DNA of 64,000 nucleotides from a virus. Taxonomy: Duplodnaviria > Caudoviricetes. This document shows positions 1 through 8,898 of the stretch, in pieces. Position 1 is the stretch's first letter, and each line of letters starts with the position of its first letter. The translations under genes and the position numbers were made by a program. The DNA lies in the IMG/VR virus record IMGVR_UViG_2912874417_000004, positions 66,194 through 130,193 of that record; one strand, 5' to 3'. The notes under the pieces were generated by a model. That model saw only the letters and a list, made by a program, of their open reading frames with translations, did no database searches and was not told where the DNA came from.

Positions 1-806
1 TTTTTTTTATCTCTGTCTTTTTCATATTCTAATCCTACAAGTATTTTTGCTTTTTCAATTTCTTCATCATACATTTCATATAAAAACGTAACAATCTGGT
101 TAAAAAGAAGAAGCAGTTTTAAAGAATTTTGTTCGGTTCCAAAATTTTTTAAATAACCGTGAGCGAAAGCATGCCGGCTAATTTCCGAAGCAACTTCTTT
201 CCCGTAAAAACCAACGAGTATATATTTTTTATAGTATTGCATAACTTTATCATTAAATGAATCACCCTCAGCTTTATATGAAGTTAATAATAATTGCTCT
301 AAATAAATTCTCAAATAGTTTTCTTTATATTTATAATTATGATTAAAAAATTCAAATATAATCCCTTCAAATTGAGGTAAAAGTGTTGAAACGGAGGAGT
401 AATATAACCCAAATTTATGGCATTCAACGACTGACTCTAAAATAGACATCCTTTCTCTTAAAAAGGGAACTCTTGACCATTCATCTAAGAAATTGCCTAT
501 TTCCCCACTCTTAAAATAGTTAACAATAATACTGCTTACATCAAAATTATCGAAGTCCTTCTCTTCTTCCATCTTCTTTTGAATTTCTAAAATTATGTCT
601 ATATCCCATATAGGAGGATATCCACTTTCAATAATCATTGCATTGACACTATCTCTTGTATCAAATTCTTCCCGTAATAACAAAAGGCTCTCATATATAG
701 GCTTCATTTCTTTTCTGAAAGTCTCACCTATTTCTTCAATCGTTTGTTTTAGTGACTTTACATTTTCAATTAATATGTTTCTTATTGATGTGGTAATAAA
801 ATCCAT
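1..806 (-). CDS. HEPN-motif protein (3' end runs off window)
   Basis: ATG at 806 after a GGAGG RBS; start and C-terminal segments translated by hand in one frame that runs off position 1; contains SRHAFAHG (Rx4H) at 156-179; absent from the ORF track because no stop is in the window. Confidence 0.7.
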   Translation of the reverse strand, partial: MDFITTSIRNILIENVKSLKQTIEEIGETFRKEMKPIYESLLLLREEFDTRDSVNAMIIESGYPPIWDIDIILEIQKKMEEEKDFDNFDVSSIIVNYFKSGEIGNFLDEWSRVPFLRERMSILESVVECHKFGLYYSSVSTLLPQFEGIIFEFFNHNYKYKENYLRIYLEQLLLTSYKAEGDSFNDKVMQYYKKYILVGFYGKEVASEISRHAFAHGYLKNFGTEQNSLKLLLLFNQIVTFLYEMYDEEIEKAKILVGLEYEKDRDKK

Positions 807-1016
807 TGTTTTGTAAAACCTCCCGATCTCTCAATAAATTGCGGATATTCATCATCTGGCTTATCAAGCTGTATATGAGCTATGTAGTATTTTCTTAGTC
901 TGTGCCAAAAGGTTATACAGCCACCAAAGTGATCTCGATAGTGATTAACAATAAGTTTTGGTTTATAGCCCTTTGATTTTAAGTATTCGGCAATTTCTTC
1001 ATTCCAAATTCTTGTC

Positions 1017-1166
1017 CTATACCTTACTCTGTATACAATTATTATCCTTTAATGCTCTGCTTAATTTTTCACTTTTGTTATTAAGATAAGAGAACCACAA
1101 TAAACTTATGAACCCAGCTGCTCCTATAATTTTAGATATAATGTAAGTCCAATTAAGTACATCCAT
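1017..1166 (-). CDS. small membrane protein (49 aa)
   Basis: Hand-translated MDVLNWTYIISKIIGAAGFISLLWFSYLNNK...; AGGGGAG RBS; one hydrophobic segment. Confidence 0.5.
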   Translation of the reverse strand: MDVLNWTYIISKIIGAAGFISLLWFSYLNNKSEKLSRALKDNNCIQSKV

Positions 1167-1229
1167 AAACTTTCTCCCCTAAGGAATAATGTCTAAATAA
1201 AATGATTATTTCTCGGCCTCACTCATTAG

Positions 1230-1361
1230 TTAAAGACGCTTCCATTCGACATACTCAAATCGCTGCTGATAAAGGTCTTCCAGGATTGCGGCCCATTCAA
1301 CCCAGCCATCCGCAACAATACTTTTCTTCTCCCCATCCTCAATCCATTCAATCCAGTACAC
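1230..1361 (-). CDS. yopG: YopG-like small protein (43 aa)
   Basis: GTG start after GAGGAG; MYWIEWIEDGEKKSIVADGWVEWAAILEDLYQQRFEYVEWKRL; size and position after the yopE/yopF-like genes. Confidence 0.65.
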   Translation of the reverse strand: MYWIEWIEDGEKKSIVADGWVEWAAILEDLYQQRFEYVEWKRL

Positions 1362-1372
1362 CTGAACACTCC

Positions 1373-1588
1373 TCACCTAGTAATAACTTCAATTTGTCTT
1401 ATAGCAGAAGTGGCTTTAAACTCTGCATGTAGCTCGTTTGCAATCACTAAAGCTTCTGACATTGTAGTGAACTTAGAAGCGCCATGAAGCCCCTTAGATG
1501 TCTTATAACCACTTCCATCTAATTTAAATGACTTGAAGTAATCATCATTTTCAAATTGAATAACAAAAAAGGTATCGATAACCGGCAT
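1373..1588 (-). CDS. yopF: YopF-like hypothetical protein
   Basis: 71 aa; RBS AGAGGAG; synteny and size match SPbeta yopF. Confidence 0.65.
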   Translation of the reverse strand: MPVIDTFFVIQFENDDYFKSFKLDGSGYKTSKGLHGASKFTTMSEALVIANELHAEFKATSAIRQIEVITR

Positions 1589-1590
1589 AG

Positions 1591-1842
1591 CTAACTCCTC
1601 TTTAGCAAACCAGCAATTTTTATAGCCAGTGGCAGCAATCCAATTAATATGTAAAACACCATGATATTTATTTTATTCTTAAAGAACAGTTCAATCATAT
1701 TCTGCTCCATACCTGGTGAAAATGAATCAATCAGTTCCTGCTTAAACTCTTCATCATAAACCTGATCAACAAATAAGGCCTTAAATCCTGTCAGAAAGCC
1801 TACACCAAGCCAGACTATTAAGAAATATGCTATTCCAATCAA
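1591..1842 (-). CDS. yopE: YopE-like membrane protein
   Basis: 83 aa; two hydrophobic segments; AAGGAGGG RBS; synteny. Confidence 0.65.
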   Translation of the reverse strand: MIGIAYFLIVWLGVGFLTGFKALFVDQVYDEEFKQELIDSFSPGMEQNMIELFFKNKINIMVFYILIGLLPLAIKIAGLLKRS

Positions 1843-1912
1843 ATTAAAGCCCTCCTTATATACATCGTCTGGTATTATAGTAGTGTTAAATACTTTGTGT
1901 AGGTGAAATTTA

Positions 1913-2095
1913 ATGGAAGAGAAAGATTTTGAGACTAATGGCTACGATGTAACAATTGTATATGATTATAAGGAGTATCCCGATGTTAAATATGGACGCT
2001 GCGACAACTGTGATTATGCTTTATTCAAGAGTTCAGTGAAAAGTGGTGTGTTTTTACGTGAGTGTCGTAGGTGTGGTATGAAGAAGAGCATTTAG
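1913..2095 (+). CDS. small zinc-ribbon protein
   Basis: CDNC...CRRC motif; AGGTGA RBS; followed by a hairpin. Confidence 0.65.
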   Translation: MEEKDFETNGYDVTIVYDYKEYPDVKYGRCDNCDYALFKSSVKSGVFLRECRRCGMKKSI

Positions 2096-2111
2096 TTTAA
2101 TGCTCTTTTTT
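2084..2111. terminator. bidirectional intrinsic terminator
   Basis: AAGAGCATT-loop-AATGCTCTT followed by a T run, between convergent genes. Confidence 0.65.
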
Positions 2112-2334
2112 ATTTCACTGGAATCATGTAGCTTACATATACTTCAATTCCATCTTCAGTTTTATATTCCGCAATTTTGTCTGTATCCGATTCAATCTTT
2201 TCAATAAGCCGCTTTGCACTTTTATTGCCCTTCTCACTATTAGCAGCAACAATCCAAGACCAATAATTCCATTCAGAGATGCAGGACTTAACCTTTTCTG
2301 GTATCGCATGACCTATTGTGTAAACCTTGATCAT
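2110..2334 (-). CDS. hypothetical phage protein
   Basis: 74 aa ORF with GGAGGGGAG RBS. Confidence 0.7.
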   Translation of the reverse strand: MIKVYTIGHAIPEKVKSCISEWNYWSWIVAANSEKGNKSAKRLIEKIESDTDKIAEYKTEDGIEVYVSYMIPVK

Positions 2335-2364
2335 TTACGTACTCCCCTCCCAAGTTTAAGCTCA

Positions 2365-2592
2365 TTATTTAATCCAATTTGCTGGCGGGACGCTCAACAC
2401 TCTGTATTGTTCATCTAGGTAAGCATGTTTCCTTTCCCAATCACTTTTCTTCCATGCTTCTTGATTTGTGAATGACGGATATATTGGCTTTGGATACTCT
2501 TCATTCACCCATCCATCTTCAATATGATTTAGTTTGGCTTCGGTACCTTTATCATCGTATTTGTACCAGACAGTTATCATTTTGGCTGTCAT
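2365..2592 (-). CDS. hypothetical phage protein
   Basis: 75 aa ORF with GAGAGGA RBS. Confidence 0.7.
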   Translation of the reverse strand: MTAKMITVWYKYDDKGTEAKLNHIEDGWVNEEYPKPIYPSFTNQEAWKKSDWERKHAYLDEQYRVLSVPPANWIK

Positions 2593-2634
2593 AAGTCATC
2601 CTCTCCCTCATTGTGCATTTATGATTTTTCACAA

Positions 2635-3186
2635 TTATTTCTTATTGCCAAGCATGAATAATAAGGTACCCTCTGTGCCAATCAATTCATACTTTATTCC
2701 ATTTTTAGAGGCGGAATGTTTTGTTCCTGTCTCAATTACATTATTAAAATTTAATTCATTTAAAATTAATCGTTCCTTATCTTCATCAGAAAGTTTTGAA
2801 TCTGCTACACTACTTAATGCTTTCATTATTTCTTGGTATTGCCCCAAGGAAATTTCATCCATCTGATTTGAAGGAAGGCCAATAACACCATAGGGAAAAA
2901 TGATACGGTCTTTACTATCTACAGATGCCGTAATTGTGAAACCGTTCCATTTGGCCATATAGACAGATGACCCATCATTAACCTTCTCAATTTTCGAATC
3001 ATTAATATCAATAACTCCGTTTGAAACTTTGTATATTTTATCTTGAAACTTCTCCTGTGTTAATCCTGAGCTTCTGCCAAACACGAGGTACCCAACAGTA
3101 GCGATTACAACAATAGCGATTATCAATCTCTTATGTCTATTGATTACCCTCCAAATATTATTAGTTGTATCTGTAAGCTGGTTCAT
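2635..3186 (-). CDS. membrane-anchored extracytoplasmic protein
   Basis: N-terminal basic residues plus TM helix (RLIIAIVVIATVGYLVF); AAGGAGTG RBS. Confidence 0.75.
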   Translation of the reverse strand: MNQLTDTTNNIWRVINRHKRLIIAIVVIATVGYLVFGRSSGLTQEKFQDKIYKVSNGVIDINDSKIEKVNDGSSVYMAKWNGFTITASVDSKDRIIFPYGVIGLPSNQMDEISLGQYQEIMKALSSVADSKLSDEDKERLILNELNFNNVIETGTKHSASKNGIKYELIGTEGTLLFMLGNKK

Positions 3187-3288
3187 TAATTCACTCCTTC
3201 ATATCTACGTTCTAAACACGTTTTCATGTTCTGATGATTGTTTTTCGTTCCACAGTTGTCTTAGTTCCACATAAAAGAATGATTTTAT

Positions 3289-3666
3289 TTAAACATTGCA
3301 TTTATTGTATTCGTCAAAATCCGGAAAGATAAGCCAGTCATTTGTCATCAACTCGTCCACTTTTTGCAAAAATTCTTTTGATCTGGCTTTCAATTTAAAA
3401 TTACCGTCTCCACCATAAAATTCGCTCAAACCTTCATAACCGCCTGATTTGTAGCCTGATCTAAAACATCTCCCATCAAAATTCTTATTGTTACCTGCCT
3501 TTTCTGCATCTATAATTCCACGAGTTTTTTCCTCTATTGCTTCAAAATTGTAACTCTTCGCAATCCGGTTTACCTCTGTCAACCTGGAGATGATTTCATC
3601 TGACCAGTTGCCCCTTACATCTCTTAGAAGTGCTTCCATTAAGATGATTTCTTCTTGTTTTATCAT
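3289..3666 (-). CDS. hypothetical phage protein (start corrected to ATG 3666)
   Basis: GAGGAGG RBS precedes MIKQEE...; the longer ORF overlaps the upstream gene. Confidence 0.7.
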   Translation of the reverse strand: MIKQEEIILMEALLRDVRGNWSDEIISRLTEVNRIAKSYNFEAIEEKTRGIIDAEKAGNNKNFDGRCFRSGYKSGGYEGLSEFYGGDGNFKLKARSKEFLQKVDELMTNDWLIFPDFDEYNKCNV

Positions 3667-3697
3667 GGTCTTTCCTCCTCTAATTAAGTTTGCGTTC

Positions 3698-3889
3698 TTA
3701 CTCCATAACCTTCCCTTCAAGTACAACCTCACTTGCTGTCCAAGTGATCTCATTAACTCCATTCTCATCCATCAAGGTTTTCGCTTTACTATCCGCGCTC
3801 ATTTTTAGGTCTTCCAAACTTTCGGCTTTAATTATATCGGATAATAGCATATAGTCCTGATCGTAAAATTTTACTGAATAATCCTTCAT
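3698..3889 (-). CDS. hypothetical phage protein
   Basis: 63 aa acidic ORF with AGGAGAG RBS. Confidence 0.65.
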   Translation of the reverse strand: MKDYSVKFYDQDYMLLSDIIKAESLEDLKMSADSKAKTLMDENGVNEITWTASEVVLEGKVME

Positions 3890-4000
3890 GTTTTCTCTCT
3901 CCTATTCCATGTGAAAGTACGATTTTATAAAAATAGCCTGCAATTCTCTTTCATGTCTACTGCAGGCTTCTGTAAAATTCTCACTTAGTTCTGCCCTAGT

Positions 4001-4237
4001 TTACTTTACTTTTTCAACGAATCTTGATGCTAACTCCCTGTAAATTACTTCACTAATCATATGTAGTTGAGTGATATTCGTGTTAAAAGTATCATGTAAA
4101 TTTCTAACCTTGCCCTGCTCTAGGACACCAGATTCCCGCCACTGTTTTAATTCATTAAAGCAATCTGCTAAAAAGGCATCCGTTTGCTCTTTTAAATGTT
4201 GTTCTAAATTATTCATTCTCTCCACTCTCTTTTCCAT
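4001..4237 (-). CDS. hypothetical phage protein
   Basis: 78 aa ORF (true start may be the internal MNNLEQ); followed by a hairpin at about 3936-3968. Confidence 0.65.
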   Translation of the reverse strand: MEKRVERMNNLEQHLKEQTDAFLADCFNELKQWRESGVLEQGKVRNLHDTFNTNITQLHMISEVIYRELASRFVEKVK

Positions 4238-4294
4238 TGTTTTTTAATGTTTCCTTAACTTGTAACTTTAGTATATCATGATCCCTAAAACGGA

Positions 4295-4522
4295 TCAATG
4301 ATTTTTTCTATTATTTTCATCTTTTTTAAATTCCATCAGTTCATTAATTGTGACGTCAAAATAAGAGCATATTTTTTCAATAAGGTCTGTTGGAACTCGC
4401 TTTATTTCACCCAGCCACATCAACCGTACGCTTTTATAATCGTGTTCCAGAATCCTCGATAGTTCCCTTATTCCGCTTATTCCTTTTTCTTCAGCTAGTT
4501 GCTTTAATTTGAATTCAATCAT
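4295..4522 (-). CDS. XRE/Cro-type HTH regulator (YopB-like)
   Basis: MIEFKLKQLAEEKGISGIRELSRILEHDYKSVR...IEKICSYFDVTINELM; typical HTH_26/XRE pattern; AAGGGAG RBS. Confidence 0.8.
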   Translation of the reverse strand: MIEFKLKQLAEEKGISGIRELSRILEHDYKSVRLMWLGEIKRVPTDLIEKICSYFDVTINELMEFKKDENNRKNH

Positions 4523-4569
4523 TTTAGAATCTCCCTTTATTTTTAGTAAGGAATCCACATCGGAAACAT

Positions 4570-4815
4570 TTAATCATTTTGATCTCTTTTGTATGTTAGT
4601 AGCTCATGCAACTCAATGTCTAAATATGTACAGACTTTATCCAACAGATCCCTTGGATACCGCTCCATTTCGTCATGATACAGCTTCCTAACTGTGTTAA
4701 AACCATGATCAATATCATTGGACAGCTTTCGAATACTGATATTCTTTTCGTCTAATATCGGCTTTAAATTTGATTTAATCAATTTAACTACCCCACATTC
4801 ATTATGTATGATCAC
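4570..4815 (-). CDS. XRE/Cro-type HTH regulator (YopB-like; likely start TTG 4782)
   Basis: [32 protein letters not shown]...[19 protein letters not shown] pattern. Confidence 0.8.
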   Translation of the reverse strand: MIIHNECGVVKLIKSNLKPILDEKNISIRKLSNDIDHGFNTVRKLYHDEMERYPRDLLDKVCTYLDIELHELLTYKRDQND

Positions 4816-4875
4816 TTTAAATTATCACCATATGCATAAAAAAGGTCAAGGATATACCTTGACTATGTATTAAGC

Positions 4876-5313
4876 TTACCAATCAAATGAATCTTCATGT
4901 TCAAATCCATAAATACCTTTAATCCACACGTCTCCGCAGCCTGGATTCTTTGTAATCTCTAGCACATGATTACGATTTGCATCTCCCTCTACTCGATCTG
5001 CAGCAGTATAGTCGGCATAGTTCCCTACAAACTGCTTCTCACTACGTGGGAATACCCAGCCAGCAAGAGTTATCCTACTGATTTTCATATTTAGAGTACA
5101 CCCTTCAGCATTGCTAATTGTGAATTTGTAGAAGAGCCAAGTGCGATCATAATTCCGATCAAAATAATCTGCCATGGAAAAGCTCTCTGAATCCTCAGCC
5201 ATGTGAAAATTCACATTTTTGTAGTCTAATGTAAGCTTCGCCTCAGCGCTTGGTGTCGTGAAACACGATATGAACCCAACGCAAATTAAAGTAAGTACAA
5301 TTAACTTCTTCAT
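4876..5313 (-). CDS. secreted protein with signal peptide
   Basis: MKKLIVLTLICVGFISCFTTPSAEA signal peptide; own terminator at about 4837-4863. Confidence 0.75.
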   Translation of the reverse strand: MKKLIVLTLICVGFISCFTTPSAEAKLTLDYKNVNFHMAEDSESFSMADYFDRNYDRTWLFYKFTISNAEGCTLNMKISRITLAGWVFPRSEKQFVGNYADYTAADRVEGDANRNHVLEITKNPGCGDVWIKGIYGFEHEDSFDW

Positions 5314-5392
5314 TTCCCCTACCCCCTTCTTCCAAATTATACTACATCCAAAAAGGGGGCGGTCTATATCATGATGTCATCATTGAGATTTT

Positions 5393-5665
5393 TTATTCTA
5401 CTTCCTCTGCGCCATATTCAATAAAAGACTCAACATCTTCTTCGTACTCTGCAATGGCTACTTCTTCCGTTAAACCTTCTTGCTGCATTCTTTCTTCAAC
5501 ACTTAATACTCTGCAAATCACTTCGTAATCTTCAAACGTTTCAAAGGCTTGCTGCCTGGCAATATTAATAGCCTCGTCATAACTGTCAAAATCAAAAGCT
5601 TCTTCATCTCTTGTGATATCGTTAATTGAACCGCCCACACCATAGAAAAGTTTATATTTTGTCAT
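5393..5665 (-). CDS. acidic hypothetical protein (start ATG 5665)
   Basis: GGAGCGG RBS before MTKYKLF; directly downstream of a sigmaA promoter. Confidence 0.7.
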   Translation of the reverse strand: MTKYKLFYGVGGSINDITRDEEAFDFDSYDEAINIARQQAFETFEDYEVICRVLSVEERMQQEGLTEEVAIAEYEEDVESFIEYGAEEVE

Positions 5666-5685
5666 GTTAACCGCTCCATTCGATA

Positions 5686-5759
5686 ATTTTATTTTTATCT
5701 TGTAAATTAAGTATACACCGAACACTTTAAATAGTCAACCTATTATTTTATATTTATTC
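5686..5759 (-). promoter_or_regulatory. sigmaA promoter flanked by two A-rich operator boxes
   Basis: TTGACT(5738-5733)-17 bp-TATACT(5715-5710); boxes at 5686-5700 and 5745-5759. Confidence 0.7.
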
Positions 5760-6142
5760 CTTTTTTTAAAACTCCTAATTTTTAACGCCTTCTGGCTGCA
5801 ATTAAAATAATTGCATCTTAAAAACCATCCCATTATATTTTTATACATTTGTCCTTAATGCTTCTTTTCCATGGTTAATATCGACACTTAGCCTAGAAAA
5901 TGAAACTTCTTCTTTGTCTTTATTCTTCATGATATAGCTAGATATATATGTATCTATGAATATCTACGTGTATTTATAAGTATCTACATTTCCATATATC
6001 ACACAATTATACCTTATTGAGAACAAAAATATTTATTTTAGTTCATTTTTAAGAACAAATCTTCCATTTTTATGATATAATCATCACTGCTTATAGGCAA
6101 CCTTACTGCTTATTCGCCATATGGTATAGGAAAGAGGTTCTT

Positions 6143-7237
6143 TTGATGAACGTAAAACATTCTAACTGTTTCTTTGTTATCAGGCTGGTTGCTGCTCTTT
6201 GTGTGCTTATTGGTCATGCTACAAGAGATTTAAACATTTCTGTCTTTGGTTATTCCCCAGAGAGTAAAGCAATATTTCACACCGGCATATCAATTTTCTT
6301 TTTTCTAAGCGCATTTTTTCTTTTCACTTCCTATGAAAGATACAAGACCAAAGGAAACAACGTAATCGATTTTTATTGGAGCAGAATTATAAGGATCGCA
6401 CCCGCAATATACACCTATGCTATTGCCTCCACTGTGCTGCTAATTGTTCTGGGAGCTCTTTCATTAACGGTATTCACTGCTAAAGAGTACTGGATATGGC
6501 TTCTGAGCAATCTTGTGCTATACCCTCAATACTTCCCTGACATATTCCATCATATTGGCACAGGTCGCCTTAACGATTCACTTTGGACAATTCCTGTTCA
6601 GATTAGCTTTTATCTTGTGTTACCCGCAATTTATTGGTTTTATAAACGTTTCGGATTTAAAAAAATGATTCTTTGCTCTTTTGCTGTTTCCGCTTTCGGT
6701 GTGTTGGGTTCTTTCATATTATTAAAATTCGCACCGGGAAGTGTGTTCGGTAACCTGTACTTACATTCATTCCTGCCGCAGATGTTTTATTTCACTTTGG
6801 GAATCTTCTGGGCTAAGGTATGGAGCAAGTTACCGCAGCATATCGTTTTATTTTTATGTTCTATTATTTTATTTTTATTCTTTAAATTTGACCTTCTATA
6901 TCTCAGCTCAATAAACAGCACATTATGGAGCTTTTTATGGTTCATTCCCTTGAGCTATGCAATCATTTGGTTCGGGTACAATGGGCCGAAGATATTTTGG
7001 CAGCTGAACCGGTTAGATGATATCAGTATGGGGATTTTCATATGGCACATGGTGATCATCAACATCTTCTTATACACTGGAATTAATGAAACATTGTCTG
7101 ATTACCCGCTGATTATAGTTCTAATTGCTGTTACTGCTGCATCCGCATTTCTTTCTTACAGAATAGTGGAAAAACCCGCTCTTAAATTACGTAATATCAA
7201 GAAAAACAAACCGGTCAAAACAAGGATTGCAAGCTAA
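6143..7237 (+). CDS. acyltransferase family 3 (OafA-like O-acyltransferase), integral membrane
   Basis: IRLVAALCVLIGH, FFFLSAF, RIIRIAP, SLWTIPVQ, ISMGIFIWH and SYRIVEKP motifs; about 10 TM segments. Confidence 0.9.
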   Translation: MMNVKHSNCFFVIRLVAALCVLIGHATRDLNISVFGYSPESKAIFHTGISIFFFLSAFFLFTSYERYKTKGNNVIDFYWSRIIRIAPAIYTYAIASTVLLIVLGALSLTVFTAKEYWIWLLSNLVLYPQYFPDIFHHIGTGRLNDSLWTIPVQISFYLVLPAIYWFYKRFGFKKMILCSFAVSAFGVLGSFILLKFAPGSVFGNLYLHSFLPQMFYFTLGIFWAKVWSKLPQHIVLFLCSIILFLFFKFDLLYLSSINSTLWSFLWFIPLSYAIIWFGYNGPKIFWQLNRLDDISMGIFIWHMVIINIFLYTGINETLSDYPLIIVLIAVTAASAFLSYRIVEKPALKLRNIKKNKPVKTRIAS

Positions 7238-7289
7238 CCGCAAGGGCTGTTCTTATGTAGGCAGCCCGAATCCTGTTTAGCATGAAATG

Positions 7290-7445
7290 GTGTTTTTATT
7301 CAGAGTCTTGGGAACAAGAACTATTTCCCGCTCAATTTCATCTTTGTATAGCTTTTTGACTCTCGGATAATCACGATCAATATATCGGACGCTGGTCTTC
7401 ATTTGTCTAATAGCGGGCTTAAAATTTGTATAGTAATTTCACGCC
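7290..7445 (-). pseudogene. decayed XRE (YopB-like) HTH relic
   Basis: Hand translation NFKPAIRQMKTSVRYIDRDYPRVKKLYKDEIERE aligns by eye with 4570-4815 ([38 protein letters not shown]); no intact N- or C-terminus. Confidence 0.45.
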
Positions 7446-7604
7446 TTAGTTATTTCCGATCACTTTTAACGGTCATTAAGTTTACAATAATGACAAAGGC
7501 TTTTTAATTTCATGACCCTGTTAAAACATTAGATAGAATAATTATCTGAGTCTCAAACCCAATAGTTCATTAGGTTCTCTTATGAACTCCATGGTTGACT
7601 CATC

Positions 7605-8522
7605 CTATTCTTTATACTCTTTTTTAATTACTTCACCTTCAGTACTGAAAGTCCACTTATCTATGTCTTCTTTGAAAATAAGTTTGTCAATAGTGCCATC
7701 AAGCACTTTAAATACCATTAAAGCTATCTTCTCGCCTACACCAATGATATTTTCCTCAACAACTAAACTAAAGGATTGTTCATAATTGAACCCCTTAATC
7801 CCAATGAGATTACCGTCTTGAAGAATATATTTTAAATCATCGAAAGGATGAAAACCCTTAATTTTGCAATTAGAATTTTTGTTTATATTTAAATTTCGAA
7901 AAACAGGCTCTAACACCGTTTTATAATTATCTTTGCGGTTTCCTTCTTTATCATAAAAATATGAATCTTTCGCACTTACACTTTTTGGTTCAGAACAGCT
8001 TTTTGGAGTATGAGCTTTAATCTTGTTACCAGTTGGTACAAATTCTATAAGCGGTGTATTTGGTACTACTATATTCATTTTTAAATGAATATTTTTTATC
8101 CTGCCTCCCCAATCAACTTCGCTAAACTCTCCAAGTAAGGCTAACTTTATTCCTTCATCTTCAGCAAAGTTTCTAGCCTCTCTTGTATACCCAACCGTGG
8201 TAACGATAAACGATTCGTCTGGTTTAATTTGCGAAACCGCTCCAAAGAAATCTCTTACAATACTTATACCCACTTTTTTATTAATATCCTTACATTCAAT
8301 CAGGATTCTTTTAGATTTCTCTGATCCTTTAGATTGGACGGTAACATCTATTTGATGTGTTGTCTTTTTCTCACCCCCTCTTAATTTCAAATCATGGATT
8401 ACTACATCTTTTTGATGCAATATCTTAAATACCATCGCAGCAAGTTTTTCATATTTAGTACCTAGCTTTAGTTTTTCATCTGCTATATGTTCATTATAAA
8501 TAAGTTCCATTCCTTCATCCAT
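7605..8522 (-). CDS. Mrr-like PD-(D/E)xK restriction endonuclease domain protein
   Basis: YEKLAA...QIDV...LIECKD...VGISIVRDFFG...IVTTVGYTREARNFA pattern of Mrr_cat. Confidence 0.8.
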   Translation of the reverse strand: MDEGMELIYNEHIADEKLKLGTKYEKLAAMVFKILHQKDVVIHDLKLRGGEKKTTHQIDVTVQSKGSEKSKRILIECKDINKKVGISIVRDFFGAVSQIKPDESFIVTTVGYTREARNFAEDEGIKLALLGEFSEVDWGGRIKNIHLKMNIVVPNTPLIEFVPTGNKIKAHTPKSCSEPKSVSAKDSYFYDKEGNRKDNYKTVLEPVFRNLNINKNSNCKIKGFHPFDDLKYILQDGNLIGIKGFNYEQSFSLVVEENIIGVGEKIALMVFKVLDGTIDKLIFKEDIDKWTFSTEGEVIKKEYKE

Positions 8523-8898
8523 CTTGATTCATCCCACCCCATGAGTAATTATGTTACATTATATACCAATATCAAACAACTTCAAACACTAATTCCTTGA
8601 GCTTCTAAGCCACCTCTATTATGTTTAAAATTCTTTTCTTTTAAACTGCTGTTTTATTAAAGGTGTTCATCAAAGTTTTCTACTATAAATGCGCTTTCAC
8701 CCTTTTCCTAAACTCAATAACTTATTTAGATAAAAACAACATACTGAACAAGCATTTTATATTAAGATATGTATACCTGTCTTTCGTTATTATATGTAAA
8801 GTTTTAGCTTAAATTAATATTTCCGAATTATAGTTAAAAATAATTTTATAGTATTAAAAGGGAACAGTTGTAGCTGTATCCCTTCGGTCAATAAATCT

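Noticed and set aside
595-816. + strand 73-aa ORF
   Set aside because: Antisense shadow of the longer - strand HEPN-motif gene
783-1045. About 80-codon - strand open frame (…RTRIWNEEIAEYLKSKGY…)
   Set aside because: No canonical in-frame start found; may be a relic, not supportable as a CDS
1202-1432. + strand 76-aa ORF
   Set aside because: Antisense to the yopG/yopF-like genes, which have proper RBSs
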